A program made the translations under genes and the position numbers. A model generated the notes under the pieces. The model was given only the letters and a program-made list of their open reading frames with translations. It did not search any database and was not told the origin of the DNA. Shown one piece after another: positions 25,368 to 40,196 of a stretch of 64,000 nucleotides of DNA; the first letter of the stretch is position 1, and every line of letters begins with the position of its first letter. Source of the DNA: Octopus sinensis (taxonomy: Eukaryota); contig NC_043014.1 of NCBI RefSeq assembly GCF_006345805.1, positions 18,042,001 through 18,106,000 of the forward strand, given 5' to 3'.

Positions 25368-26910
25368 AAATTTTTACCGCAACCACGCAGCAGAATACAG
25401 AGACATGAGAGGAGGAGTAGTGAACAACACGGGAGTTCCTTCACAAGAAGACATAGACTCCTTCTGGGGGAAAATCTGAAGTAAAGAGAAGGAATTTAAC
25501 TAAGACGCTCTGTGGCTGGAAGAAATCCGAAAAAGTCATTGTTCCTGTATTACATCCAAGACATACAACATTGATGGTAAAACACTTGCAACTGTGAAAC
25601 AGGAACTCCAGGATGGAAAAGCACCTGAAAGAGACTTGATTGTTGGATATTGGTACAAGAAGGTAACTTTCTACCGACCATATCTTATCAATCTGTACCA
25701 ACAAGCTTTTATTGGGAATAGTAGCATACCACAGTGTTTAGCTCCAGCAGAGACAAAATTGAACCCCAAATGCCAAAACTACCGGCCAATTGCATGCCAG
25801 AACTTAACATATGAAATATATACAGCATGTTTAAACCTCTTCCTCCAAGACCATTGTGAAACCAATAACATTATCACAATAGAACAAGCAGCTGGGAAGA
25901 AGGGAGTCTGGGGATGTGCCGAGCAATTGTTAATCAAAAAAATTGTGATGTCAGAGATGCAAGAGCATAGGAGGAACCTAGTTTCAATGTGGCTAGACTA
26001 CAAGAAAGCCTTTGATTCTGTTCCCCACTCATGGATGCTAGAAGCCCTTCAACTTGCTAAAGTTCAGTGAAAATAGTCAAAGCCATAGCTGACCTGACAT
26101 CATCGCGGGCCACCATCTTGAAAGTAAACACAAAGAGTGACTGTATTATTACTGATAGAATACAGTATCGCAAAGGCATATTCCAAGGAGAGAGCCTCTC
26201 TGTGAAGTTGTTTATACTTTCCGTAAATCCCTTGTAATTTATGTTAAGGAAGTCTGAAGGATATCTCACTGGTTCACAAGGAAACAGAAATACCAAAATT
26301 ACACTGTTTCTTTGTGGACGACTTAAAACTTTATGCAAAGAATATGCATGAGATGAAAAAAGAGCCTTGACCTAGTTACAACATTCTCAAGGGATATATG
26401 ATTGATAAATGTAGGATAAATGTTGTTATATGGTTGTGAAAAGGAGGAAAACTATAAACCAGACTAGTAACATCATTAATGATTTGACTGTTTCCCCTGT
26501 ATCCGACGAAGAATATTACAGGTATCTAGGTGTGTATGAAAATACATGATTATGATTGACACCTGTAACAAAACACCTGTCACTAAAGATTATTACAGCC
26601 GAATAAAGAAAATTTGGACCTCCGAAAGCTCTGCATTCAATAAAACAGTGGCCCACAATGTGTTTGCAGTGTCAGTACTCATACCAACATTTGGGCTGCT
26701 TGATTGAACACTTGATGAGCTCCGAGCCATTGATGTGACAACCCGAAAAATACTAACAAGCACACATAATTTCCACATAAGGAGTAATGTAGACTGCCTC
26801 TACCTAAAACGAAGACAAGGAAGATGAGGCTTAACATCGATCCAATGAATGTCGCTGCATATCCGTTGGGCAACATCTATTAACCACCAAGTGTCGAAGA
26901 GCATCCCTTG
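25368..26910 (+). mobile_element. Decayed R4/Dong-clade non-LTR retrotransposon RT region
   Basis: YRPIACQN, WLDYKKAFDSVPHSW, RKGIFQGESLS, FVDDLKLYAK, YRYLGV. Many stops and frameshifts. Confidence 0.88.
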
Positions 26911-27073
26911 ACCAAGTTTGCATAGATGAGCTACCAAATATATTTGCTTAATCCGGTCGAACAAATCTTATTTCTGAAAGTGTGTAGGTGCGCGGCTAAT
27001 CACCGCTTCATTTCATTTCGAGTAGTCCCTATATATATATATATATATCGCCCCTAGTGGGTAATAAGAAATC

Positions 27074-27154
<81 letters not shown>

Positions 27155-27156
<2 letters not shown>

Positions 27157-28495
27157 TTACTAAACTGTGTTGTGATTGTGCACTGGTAAATTAGATTTTT
27201 TTCTTTCACAAGTGTTATTAACGGCGCAATTATTTATATTTCTGCTGTCACATAGGTTGTGTTGTGTGGGATAATTACTTACAACTGGATTGGTGTATAT
27301 AGATGGGTTATTAAGAGATATATTTTGATTAATATGATTATTATAGTTGTTGGTATTATCATTACTATGTTTGGGGTGGTTATTGAGGTTGTTATTTTTA
27401 TTATTGATGTTGTTATTATTGTTACTTCTATCTAATTAGAAAGTATATAGTTTTATTTTTATTATTTAGAGAAGAAATGATGGTAGCTAAGTTATATGTC
27501 TGACTATAACCTATCTTTATTGTTTTACTATTAATAATTTCCGAGTACCTGCTATTCTTATCAAAATGTCTGTTTATAGTTTAAAAAACAGATTTATCTA
27601 AATTAGCTTTAATTTTTATAGTATATGGGACTATAAGCCAATTACTATCTTTTGTTTTTCCAATATTCCTACCATACGACCCAATTTTATTGGTGTTCGA
27701 GTGATAAATGCTATGTTTATGCTTATTTGTTCTTATGATCTTGTTACCTATGTTATGCACGTTAGCTCCCCAACTGGCGGTGCTACTATTAGGTTTCTGC
27801 TCATATTTTATTTTGTTGCTGTTGACGTTATGCTTAGTGTTATGGTTAGTATCATTTATACTACACTTCATTCTCATCGTTATATCATTATTTTTATTGT
27901 TATCATTATTGTTTTTATAATTGCACTTGCAATTTCCATTCTTGTTAGTGTTGGAGACTATAGGCTTCTGTACTTTATTGCTTAATTTAGGTAAATTTCT
28001 ATGATCCTTATTATTGCTATTGATGTTATCAATATTATTACTAATCATTATCTTATTATATGGAATATATTTAATTTTACTTTTGTATCCTGCATTTTTT
28101 AGTGTCCTGTATTGTTTTTTTATGTTTATTGAATAAATCCTCTTTAGAAAAGGATAAGAAATTCTTTTACTAATGCTTTATATAAGAGCCCTTTTTATCC
28201 ATTGTGGATGATAACTAAGAGAGTGTATATATTTTAAGTCAGAGTTTGGTTTCATGTAAAGTTCATGTAGTCCCGTATTTTAAATTACAGCTAACGGCTA
28301 AGTAGTTTGAATAGTTTCATTCACTATAGTGATAGAAAGGCCAAATCTATTGAAAAATTTATACAAATGTTTCTAGGCGTCTGTTTGAAGTATTTCTAAT
28401 TATAAGAAGTACATCGTCATTATAGAGTTCCCATCCAAATTCTGGGAATTACATTGTTAAACATAGACGGTTATTTTAACTTCTAACTCAACTAA
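27155..28495 (-). mobile_element. Decayed Penelope-like RT C-terminus, thumb, N-rich linker and start of GIY-YIG
   Basis: Manual translation: LYNDDVLLIIRN (YxDD), FNRFGLSITI, YMKPNSDLKYIHSLSYHPQWIKRAL, WLIVPY, NNCAVNNTC, LIYQCTIT. Flanked by (TA)n on both sides. Confidence 0.8.
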
Positions 28496-28691
28496 CCTTC
28501 TTTATATATATATATATATTTGTTTGTATACACACATTACTTATTTCATATACTGGACATTGGCGTTGCTGCTGAAGCACACACGCCACGCACAAACACA
28601 CTCTCACACCATTATGTTTACTTACACAACTACATATATACACAGAACACATGTATACATATATATATGCGTGAGTGTATCTATCTATCTA

Positions 28692-28769
<78 letters not shown>

Positions 28770-30759
28770 ACTAACTAGCTAACTAGATACAAACAGATGC
28801 ATGTGTGTTTGTGTGTTTGTTCGTGTGTGTGTGTATGTGTGTGTCTGCCTGTGAATGATGCAACGTAGGTGGTAAATACTCGTCAAAATTCCTCACTATA
28901 CAAATACACATATACGCCCACACGCACACACTCGCACACACACACGAGCACGCACACACACACATACACACACACACATACACACACACACACATACACA
29001 CACACACACATACACACAAACACCCCCACACACAGAGAATAACAAATACATATAAAGTGTGTGTGCTTGCGTAGAAAGAAAGCAGTTTGATTAGTTGTTT
29101 GGTTTATATTAACGTCCTGTCTAAAGTTATGGTATTTTTCGGTAAAAATCTCTCGCCTCTCTCAACAGATTTTTATATTTTTCTTATGTTTAAAACGAAT
29201 ATCTATCTCAACAAAAATTATTTCTTTCAAGTTAACATTCCACTCCAGACATAATATACTGAGAATGTGAAAGACTAGATATTTACAAGACTTTAAAGCT
29301 TAACATCATCATCATTATTATTTTTTTGTTTTCATTAACGCAGTTTTGTTTTATTTTTCAGTTCTATCGTATTAAGAAGGGTCTAAGCAATGTGTTTGCT
29401 GTGTCTGACCGTGTTATTTCCTCTATGTGCACATAGGTAACTTCTAGGATTTTGGTTATTTTAGCAACTACCAGGGGGTTCTGAGATGTTATAGCCGATG
29501 ATGAGCAGATAGTACCGAGGCAACACCTAAATATGTTCGCATGATGGTCAATATGTGTGGTCGATGTTACTTAGTCACGTATTTGACCAAGCTGAATTTA
29601 TGGGTCTAGCGTAGAAAAAGTTTGCGGGGCTTGCGAACTGAAATGACATTAAATGATCGGAGTCTTGTATCAGCTGAGCGATGCGACTGGAGGAACGTTA
29701 AAAACTGCACTTGTACAACGTTTATGGTCTAACTGGGTGACTGAGTGAGTTGCGATAAAGATCAGCCGGGCGACTTTCACATCAGCGACTATAAACACAT
29801 ACCAAGTATCCTTGGACTGGTAGTGCAACCAAACGGGCGTGTCAGAGATGAGTGAGAAGAAATGAAAACGTTTGTATACTTTTTCAGTGTCCAAACATTG
29901 CTGAGTCATAGAGATCTCCGTAACTTCTGTGCCATCTCATTTAAACGAGGTCATCGAAAAGATTTCATCGTAAATTTTCTATCAGGTGAAGCATGTTTTG
30001 ACAATGAAGGGCAGGTTGATGGCTTCCTTAAGTGCCACTTGAAGAGAGTGCTACACGAAAGTGAGCTGGCTGAATGATGAATAAAAATGGCATGTTTAGT
30101 ATGGATGGATTCTTTCACATTTTAGTTTGTGTGTACAACTTTAATAGCGAAAAGGCACTTGATTCAGTGTTGAAGATGACTTGGGGATTTATTGTGTCTC
30201 TTAATTTAGCGAGGTACCTAACTCCCATTTTTAAAGATATATACACGAATACTTTTATGCGAGTATATGATTCCTTTACATTTAATTACCGTTTTTCATT
30301 GTTTTCTTATTTTACTCGTTAAAAGACGAAAAGACAAAATACAATTGCTTTGAAGCTCATCTTTATAATGTCCCCCACTGATCGCCCCAGTAACAAATAA
30401 AAGTCTGAATTAGCAGAATTGTTAGAACAGGGGACAAAATACTTTGCTGTATTTGTTCTGGCTCTTCATGTACTTAGTACAAATGCCGCAGTTGTCAACA
30501 TTGCTTTTCATCCCCCCACCACCACCGGGGTCGAGGTATTAACTTGTAATGAAGTCGATAGTGTTGACTGATTCCCTTCGTCTAGAATCGTTGACCTTCT
30601 GCAGAGTGAGGGATTGGCTGAATCATAATCATGTCGGACAAAATACTACGCAGTGTTAAGTTTTGCAATAGAATCGCAAATAACAGGAACATTTCATTTG
30701 GTGTCTGCGCGCATTATCGTCCTGTAGCTGCTCTCATTTCTTTGCCTGATTCCGGTTTG

Positions 30760-31620
30760 TGTAGTAAACATAACAGTTTAAGTACCTCCATAAATATATG
30801 TCTAGTGGGTTGACGTCCTTGAAACCGGAAGGTACTCTACTGAACATCCTCGTCCAATCCACTGTTAGGGAAAAGTCTTTATAGTAGAAAGTATGGTGGT
30901 AGCATCTTGCTGGAAATAAATCTCCACATCTTCAAAGTCCTATTTAATACTTTGCATGACAGATTGTTGCAGCAACGTCAAGTAAATGGAACCAGCCACA
31001 ATACTGTCAAAAAGAATGGGTCATTTAGTCTTCGGATGATAAACTGCAACAGACAACAATTCCTGGAGAATTAATAAGATGTACTTACGTAATATACAAA
31101 TTCTCATGCCCCTGAATTTTAAGTTGCGGAGGTTAACTGAACCATTTACCTCAAATGTAGATTCACCATTCTTAATAATTTTCGTTGGAAATTGTTCATT
31201 TTGTACACATCATGTCAAATACCTTGCAGAAACGTTCATTTTTCGGGCCGAATTATCTTCATTAAGAACATGGGCTATTCTTAGAATGCAACTTAACCAT
31301 TGACAGCGCTTCAAAATGTGATAGACACTAGATTTTAAAATTCTCATCTTACGACTTGCTTGCTGCACAGATTTTCTTAAATATTGGTTATACGTTACTA
31401 GTAAACTTTTTTTCGTGGGTTTCCTTGATTTTCAAGATCTTCCGATGCTTTTCTTACGAATGTTCTTAACAGTTCCATCTATTTCAAATTTATATCTATT
31501 ACGAGTGATGGCAAGTCGCGTAGGATTGTCGGTTTGAAACTCTCTCCTGAACTGTCTTTGCCATTTGACTGCAATTTTAAATTTCCAGTAGCATCTTAAT
31601 AAAAGATTTCTAAGATAATT
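30760..31620 (-). mobile_element. Decayed Tc1/mariner transposase
   Basis: PTRLAITRNRYKFEIDGTV (HTH region), ESTFEVNGSVNLRN, IYFQQDAT, WIGRG. Confidence 0.8.
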
Positions 31621-32147
31621 TTGTCTGAATCCCTTATTAGGAATGGGCTAAATTTAAAGAAATGAAAATTGAGTTAACAGCTATTAGGGTGCGTATACAC
31701 CATTTCGCACAGACGATATATACATATGTGTGTGTGTGTGTGTGTGCACGTGTATGTGTGTGAGCGCGCGCGTTTGAGTGAGTGTGTCTGATAAATAGCA
31801 CTTATATTGCCAGAAATAAATGATAAAACAAGAAGCGAACAATATATATACACTGACAGAGGAGATGGCCACCCCATGAACACTGGACAAGACCAGCTTC
31901 GTCTATGAGCGGTAAACTCATCAGCAGTGCCTACTCTATTGCTAGGATGGTTTGGCTGAATCGATCTGTCAGTATATATATTACCATATAAATTTATGAC
32001 TGATTTAGCGAAACTCTTATGTGTGTACTAGAAATTTATATAAGCAGCTAAGCGCAATATGTATGCATGTATGTATGTATGTATGTATGTATGTATGTAT
32101 GTATGTATGTATGTATGTATGTATGTATGTATGTATGTATGTATAAG

Positions 32148-32178
<31 letters not shown>

Positions 32179-32662
32179 CTATGTATGTATATTCTTTTAT
32201 TCTTTTATTTGTTTCAGTCATTTGACTGCGGCCATGACGAAGCACTGCTTTGAAGGGTTTTAGTCGAACGATCGAGCCCAGGACTTATCTTTTAAGCCTA
32301 GTACTTATTCTATCGGTCTCTTTTGCCGAACTGGTTGATAACGGGGACGTAAACACACCAGCAAAACACAAACAAACACAGACAGAGATACACACAGATA
32401 TATATATATATGACGGGCGTCTTGCATCTTTCACTTTCCGTCTATCAAATCCACTCATAGAGATATGGTCAGCCCGAGGGTATAGTACAAGACTCTTCCT
32501 TAAGGTGCCACGCAGTGGGGGTGAACCCGGAACCATGTAGTTGGGAGGGAAGCTGCTTACCACACATCCACGACTGCGCCTATATATATATATATATATG
32601 GATATTCACACACACACACAGACACATATATATATATACATATATATATGTATGTGCGTATG

Positions 32663-32731
<69 letters not shown>

Positions 32732-33249
32732 ATATGTATGTATATATATATATATTCTTCCCTTTCATTCTTTTACTTGCTTTAGTCATTCTTTTATATA
32801 CGTAGACGTCAAACGATGAAAATGAGTGCTAAACACTGCATTGGTGGATAGAACTTCTTTATCTGTCAATTAAGGCCATTGGTTTCAGAGAAATATCAAA
32901 ATATTTTAATATCTTAACTAATTTTCAAGCCGGTCACATGGAGGAATGGTGCTCGTCGCAATTTTGAATAAACGGAAAGTCCCGTTGAATTCGTGAAGAT
33001 TCTCGTAAATATTAATTCAAGGTGTGCTATATTTGGATGACATGAGTGATTGTCTCCGCTATGTTTAACTTTTGGACAAACAGTCGTGTCAGATGGTAAA
33101 TTTGTTTGCATTATCTTCTTTTAATATAATCTGGGTGTATGTGTGTTGAGGTCATTCGTCATGGGAGCATATTTCTTCTGTGTGTGGAGTTCGTGTTTTT
33201 TATGTATCTTCAAATTTCGCGTTCAGGAATGAGGCTATGCTGGTGAGAT

Positions 33250-33610
33250 TTGCGGCGCATGTTGTGGTTCCTCTTTGAAGTGTCTAAGAGAAAAATATTG
33301 CGTGTGTATGCAGGGAGATTTCATCCCTAATATTTATGATGTTATCTGCTGACTGATACAGTCATATTTAGTTTTTCAGTGATACAGAGTTCACATTTGG
33401 TACTCCATCCTCTGTATTTTTTGGTTTTAACAATGATGTTCCATTCTTTCTTTCAACATCCGTATCAATCTGGATAAGGATGTTGCGTATCTTTTTTCAT
33501 TTTTGTCTCTGAATGACGCTATGTGTTGTGTATGCCTTTCCTTATTTATATTATTATATGACTGAAAGCCACACATCCTCTTCCAAGTAAGTTTTATTTC
33601 AATAATTCTG
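33250..33610 (-). mobile_element. Decayed PLE GIY-YIG fragment
   Basis: RHTQHIASFRDKNEKRYATSLSRLIRMLKE and KCELCITEKL...IINIRDE motifs. Confidence 0.75.
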
Positions 33611-34183
33611 ATGCGCACTCTACACGATCATTTTACATTTTCATTTTTCTGTTTCTCGCTCTTATGCTTTTACCTCATCTACTCCCACTATTCTATCCTA
33701 TTACTCTGTCACTCTCTCTCCCTCACTCCTCCTCCCTTGCTCAAGTGGCTCCCACGTGACCATCGGCCATCTTCCTTTCTTCTCCTAATTCGTGTTTCTT
33801 TCTTTCTCTCCGTTGTAGCTGGAACAAGTAAGACGTGTGCTTGTCTGTCTCCTGTCCACGCTTGATTTACACGTTCGCCATATAACCTCGTTTAGGCTTA
33901 GCAGCCCTTCCTGTTTGTTTTCACTGTCCTGTTTGTGTAACCAATTTTGACCCTCCGCAAAATCCCAAATTTTATTTAATTTGCTTTGCGGGAGCAACTA
34001 TTTTATCGAAAGCGTATATTCTTTTTAAATGCTCGAAATACGAGAGTAGAAAAACAGCTGACAACTCATAAAGGGTCGTTCTTTATGTTGTTTGTCTTGT
34101 TTTCCATTTTTGTCTCGTACGTCAATGTACTCGTACTTCGTATTTTCCATTGTACACGTTTCATGACGTCCTGTGCCCATATA

Positions 34184-34189
<6 letters not shown>

Positions 34190-34234
<45 letters not shown>

Positions 34235-34272
34235 CGTATAGATGTAAGTATGTACATATACATATGCATATA

Positions 34273-34310
<38 letters not shown>

Positions 34311-34370
34311 TATATATATATATATATATATATTATATGATTGAACGCCACGCATCCTCTTCCAAGTAAG

Positions 34371-34449
<79 letters not shown>

Positions 34450-34519
34450 ATATATATATGTTTGTATTATATATATATATATATTATATATATATATAAT
34501 ATATATATATATATGTTTG

Positions 34520-34604
<85 letters not shown>

Positions 34605-34615
34605 TACTATATATA

Positions 34616-34660
<45 letters not shown>
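34190..34660. repeat. Long degenerate (TA)n microsatellite
   Basis: Read directly. Other large di- and tetranucleotide tracts at 868-958, 3074-3178, 13380-14345, 17095-17335, 28680-28770, 32060-32180, 35590-35950, 49376-50130, 56950-57200, 61383-61535 and 62065-62130. Confidence 0.95.
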
Positions 34661-34664
<4 letters not shown>

Positions 34665-34820
34665 TATTCGAGACAAAACCACTATTTTGCAAAACAAACA
34701 AGGAAAGACTTAATCAATACATAAAATTTAATAAATAGTCTTATTAAATTGTATGTATTGATTAAGTCTTTCCTTGTTTGTTTTGCAAAATAGTGGTTTT
34801 GTCTCGAATAATATTTTATA
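34655..34820. repeat. Near-perfect 80-bp-arm palindrome with 6-nt loop
   Basis: 34655-34734 versus 34741-34820, one mismatch. Left end abuts (TA)n. Confidence 0.92.
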
Positions 34821-34895
34821 ATATTTTACTATAAAATCGATTTATTCCTAAATCTGATTTTTTCCCTGTAATTTGGATTTATTCCCTAATATTTA

Positions 34896-34938
<43 letters not shown>

Positions 34939-35289
34939 ATATATATCTATATATATATATATGTTTGTGTGTGTGTGTGTGTGTCTGTGTGTGTGCGTGT
35001 GTATGTGTGTGTATATGTATATATATCTGTTCATACATAGAAATATATGTTATAACATACATATATATGTCTATTTCATACATTCATGCCTACAGAAATG
35101 CGCGCACACAACAATTACTATAGAAGAACTGGTTTTTCAACAATTGCTTACTCTGAGTTTCGCATTGCAACTTTCAAAACAACATTTCACTTTGACTGAC
35201 AATGCTGTTAATCTTTCTTTGAAAACCCAGATCTTCTACTGTTGCTAATTTTGTTGTTGTTGTTGTTGTTGTTATTATTATTATTATTA

Positions 35290-35324
<35 letters not shown>

Positions 35325-35584
35325 GTGCGTTTGATGTTTGTCTGTGTTTATATGTGTATGCATATATGTACATATGAATATACACAAAGACATGCACACA
35401 CACAAACACACACATATATGTATGCGTGTGTGTGTTTGTGTGTGTCTTTGTGCTTTGACATTGTTTTAAACACATGTAATCAACATTGTTGCTGTTAAGA
35501 TTCAGTTTTGGGGAGGAGAGAGGGAGAGAGAGAGGGAAAATAGAGGGAGAGAGAGAGAGAAGAAGTGGAAAAAGGAGAAAGAAG

Positions 35585-35626
<42 letters not shown>

Positions 35627-35848
35627 GATAGGAGTGAGAGGGAAGTAGAGAAAGTAGGCGAAAGACATTTAAAGAGACAGAAACAAAGAAATAAACAGAA
35701 AGCGGGATAGAGAGTGAGAAATAGGGAAAGGAGGAGAGAGAGAGGGAGAGAGACTGAGAGAGAAAAAGATAGATAGACAGATAGATAGATATAGATAGAG
35801 AGAGAGAGAGAGAGAGAAATATAGATAGACAGATATATATATATATAT

Positions 35849-35956
<108 letters not shown>

Positions 35957-36262
35957 GTTAGTCATTATATAAAGAACTAGTGTGAATAATAATAAGTTTC
36001 AGAGAGAGAAAATGTCTTAAATAATGTTGCTGTGAAAAGTGGAAAATATATGTGGACATGTTTACATTTTGCAGAAAGAAAGAATGAAAATAGGAAAATC
36101 CATCTCAAATAATTAAATAACAAAATAACTAACTAAAAGAATATATGCAAACCGAATTGGTGAGGTTACTATTGACGACGACGATAACGACGTTTTACAA
36201 GATTTTTAATGTAAAAACGTGTGTTGAAACAGATGTATCGTGGGAAGGTCATGTTTACCAAT

Positions 36263-36304
<42 letters not shown>

Positions 36305-36821
36305 CTTTCTTATTGGTAAAATGATCCTTCGGAGATAAGTCAATTATAAAACCCAGAACACATATATGTGTGTATTATACAGTCCCCCATTGACAGGTGT
36401 GGCTGTGTTGTAAGAAGTTTGTTTTCCAACCATATGGTTCCAGGTTCAGTCATATTGCGTGGCACCTTGGGTAAGTGTCTTCTACTATAACCGCGGCTGA
36501 CCAAAGCCTTGTGAGTGGATTTGATAGATGGAAGCTGAAAGAAGTCCGTCGTATATATGTATGTGTAGTCATGTGTATGTGTCTTAGTTTGTCCTCCTCC
36601 GCCATCACTTGAGAACAACATTGGTTGTCAAGCGGGGACAAACACAGATAGAGAGACATAAAGACACGTAGATACGTTCGCGCGACAGCACAGATACACA
36701 CACACACACACACACACGCGCGCGCGCACGCGCACACATACTACAGATCCTCTTCCAGGATCCCGGAAAGGAGATATGTTACGTCATTAGCCAGCCATAC
36801 ATGACGGCTGAAGGACCAAGT

Positions 36822-36936
36822 ACAAGTCCATACCTCGCAGAATTCAAGCTGCAACTACTGCCAAAAGGTGGTCCTGCATCATATTAAAATAAACTTGTTT
36901 GAAATTTTAAGGTGTTTCCATTATTTTGTCCAACAC

Positions 36937-36941
<5 letters not shown>
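36822..36941 (+). mobile_element. 3' end and terminal inverted repeat of the same Tc1 family
   Basis: Similar to 53558-53672 (gtccatacctcg...ccattattttgtccaac). Confidence 0.75.
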
Positions 36942-36985
<44 letters not shown>

Positions 36986-37989
36986 TATATAAAATATATG
37001 TATATCAAATATATATATATATGCATCTATCTCTCACACTCTCTCTATGTATGTATGTATGTATGTATGTATGTATGTATGTATGTTTGTATGTATGTAT
37101 GTATGTATGTATGTATGTATGTATGAATGTATGTATATATATATATGTTGTCTAGCGTCACATTTAGGGTTACCTTACGTTTCGAAATCCATATTTGTAG
37201 ACAATTATTTATTGTTTACGTTTCTTATGGATCTCTCATCAGTACGTTATTGATTTTATAGATCGCTCTACGTAAGCGAGACCTCAATAAGGGTTGAAAA
37301 TGAAATAACGTTGTTCATCATTTTTGGAAATTACGGAAAAATGGGTAAAATTTCTGTGTTTGTAAATTTACGTATATTATATCATGCTTGATGCTGAGCG
37401 GAGGAGTCCTAGAAGATCAACGGCCAGGATAACCAAGTTCTATCAAGGCATCCATAGGTGTAGAGTCCATGGTTGTGTAATCAGCCAATGAAAGATTCAT
37501 TACGACTCAACTCCCTGTTCAAATTCATTATAATGGAGTTGGATGGCAACAGAGAATCGTGAGAATCCGCGAACGCATCGAAAAATAAAGCATGCGTTGA
37601 TAATGTCTTTCTAAAGAGATTGGGTGCTTGATTCTCTGGGACTGGTTAAATTATGCAGATATTTTTGATAACAATCGATTAAGACTGTCCAGAGAAATAG
37701 ATAAGTTTCCCATCTTTCTATGTCGGCTATGAAGGATTACATTCATATATAAGCAATAACATACATGCCTATTCATTATATGTAGGTTACATATACGATG
37801 TATTTATGCGTGTATGCATGAGTGTATGTATGCATGTATGTATCTATCTACCTAAATATATAAACATACACACACAAACGTGTGTGCGTTTGTGCATGTG
37901 TATTTATGTATTTATAAATAGATATAGAGAGATTGGTAGATCTATCTATCTGTTTGTCTATCTATCTAGCTATCGATAGATAGATAGAT

Positions 37990-38020
<31 letters not shown>

Positions 38021-38024
<4 letters not shown>

Positions 38025-38473
38025 CAAAATAAGGAACAAGGATACCCAAAGGTAATGCAGTACGATCATTTCATGCAACTCCATTTTATTGAACAATGCA
38101 ATTATTATATCAATTTAAAATGTAGAGCAATCTTCAGTGGCACACAGACATAGAATTTAATTAAATTAGAACAGATGGACGCATTAGTATAATTATATCT
38201 AAAATCTCCAAGAAGTCAAGGAGATAGAAAAAGAACATGTTGTCTCTACTTCAGCATGTTCTTTGTCTATCTCCTTGACTTCTTGGAGATTTTAGGTATC
38301 ATTATACTAATGTGTCCTTCTGTTCTAATTTAATTAAATTATATGTCTTTGTGCCACTGAAGATTGCTCAACATTTCAAATTGATGTAATGATTTCATTG
38401 TTCAATTAAAGGGAGTCGCGTGAAACGATCGCACTGCATTACCTCTGGATATCCTTGTTGAATATTTTGATTT
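38021..38473. repeat. Diverged 220-bp-arm fold-back, probably PLE-type ends
   Basis: 38021-38242 versus 38252-38473, roughly 85-90% identical by eye. Left end abuts (TA)n. Confidence 0.88.
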
Positions 38474-38592
38474 TAATCACCTTACTTTGAAATTATATGG
38501 GTAATACCGTACTAAGTTCAGGTGCCTCAACTTAAGTACCATATTCATTATTCATCTGAATCTAAATTTTTGTTGAGTGTCTGTGTGTATCT

Positions 38593-39032
38593 CATGCTCA
38601 TACCAGTTCTGTGTTACTTCATATTGCTATTTACGGTATAAGAACCAATGAAGATACACACACATTTTATCGTGGCAGCCCTTGCATTCTTTTTGTACAA
38701 GACTCTCACATCCACTTACCACGTGAATCACATTTTCCACGCTCTTTCTACAGAGTTTGCATTTCTGGGTGTCAGAAGTTTTATACATGCTATATACTTC
38801 ACTGACTTGGGAGCGAGAGCCAGGTCTTGTGCAGCAATGATCAGGCTTTCGGTGGTACGCTTCAAATCACCTCATTCAAGCCATACCCACGATGCTGTAT
38901 TATCCTTAACGTCCTGTGTATTGCTTTCAAACTGTGCATGCATTCTCATTTCAAGGTCTTCTTTTCTCTTCAGCTCACCTCTTTGGCTAAACTCTTCCTT
39001 GCCCATCATTTTATCAGCATTTACACCTATAT
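38593..39032 (-). mobile_element. Inverted duplicate of the internal R4/Dong segment 40322-40761
   Basis: 440 bp at about 99% identity, sharing the same stop codon and frameshifts. Confidence 0.9.
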
Positions 39033-39071
39033 GAGCTAGATAGATAGATGAGATAGATAGATAGATAGATA

Positions 39072-39131
<60 letters not shown>

Positions 39132-39559
39132 GGGGTGAGAGCATGCGTGCATGAATGTATAGCTATATAGATAGATTGATAGATAGATAGGTATTGGCCG
39201 TTATAACTGAAGCGTTAATCTAGCTTTCACTGCATTCTGTTCATATGTAATAGGGATGAAACAAGTCATCATCGTTACGTTTTTAATACAAGGACGTGTT
39301 AGTGATTTACCTTCTTTTTATAGTATCAAACAAATAAGAGATTGTTCATATTGTGTACGCGCGCCTGTGTGCGTGTGGGTGTTTATACATGATGTTCATC
39401 ACCCCTGATAGACGGCAATGATAAGTGAATTTAATTTAGTCGTTCACTTTACACGCGCGAGCCCGTTTGTGTGTGAATGTAGGTGTATATTTATATAAAT
39501 ATGAATCATACATTTGTATACATACACTTTTATATATATACGCGTACATTTTATGTATG

Positions 39560-39647
<88 letters not shown>

Positions 39648-40099
39648 ACGTACATTTTATGTATATATGTATACATACATGTGTGTGTGTGTGTATGTTT
39701 GGGTGTGTGTGTGTGTGCGTGCGTACGTGTGTATGGACATAATATATGGTATTTGCATAATATATATTGTCGCTAATTAATATATATAACATACGCGTGT
39801 ACATACAGATACACATTCATGCACGCATGCTCCCTCTCATTCTCACACACACGCACACAGAGAATTACAGACACGCACGTACACGCATATACACACATAC
39901 ATACACTACACACATCTATACCATACAGAAACAACCGTAAGAATCTTATAGAAATAAACAAAGCGATAAAACAATTATTGTTTTTATTATCACTTGAGCA
40001 ATCTCCAGAAGTTCTTTTTTATTTGTTGTATGACGCTCAACGTTGCCATTAGTGTATTTAATAATACGACTTGTTTATACGATGTCTGTAAGCAAACAC

Positions 40100-40134
<35 letters not shown>

Positions 40135-40196
40135 ATTTATATTTTCATTGTAATCTTTCAATTGTTTCCATTTCTTGCTGAGTGTCTTTCTGACAC

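Noticed and set aside
29862-30077. 71-aa ORF preceded by a tttttcag acceptor-like site
   Set aside because: No recognisable family; could be a decayed repeat.
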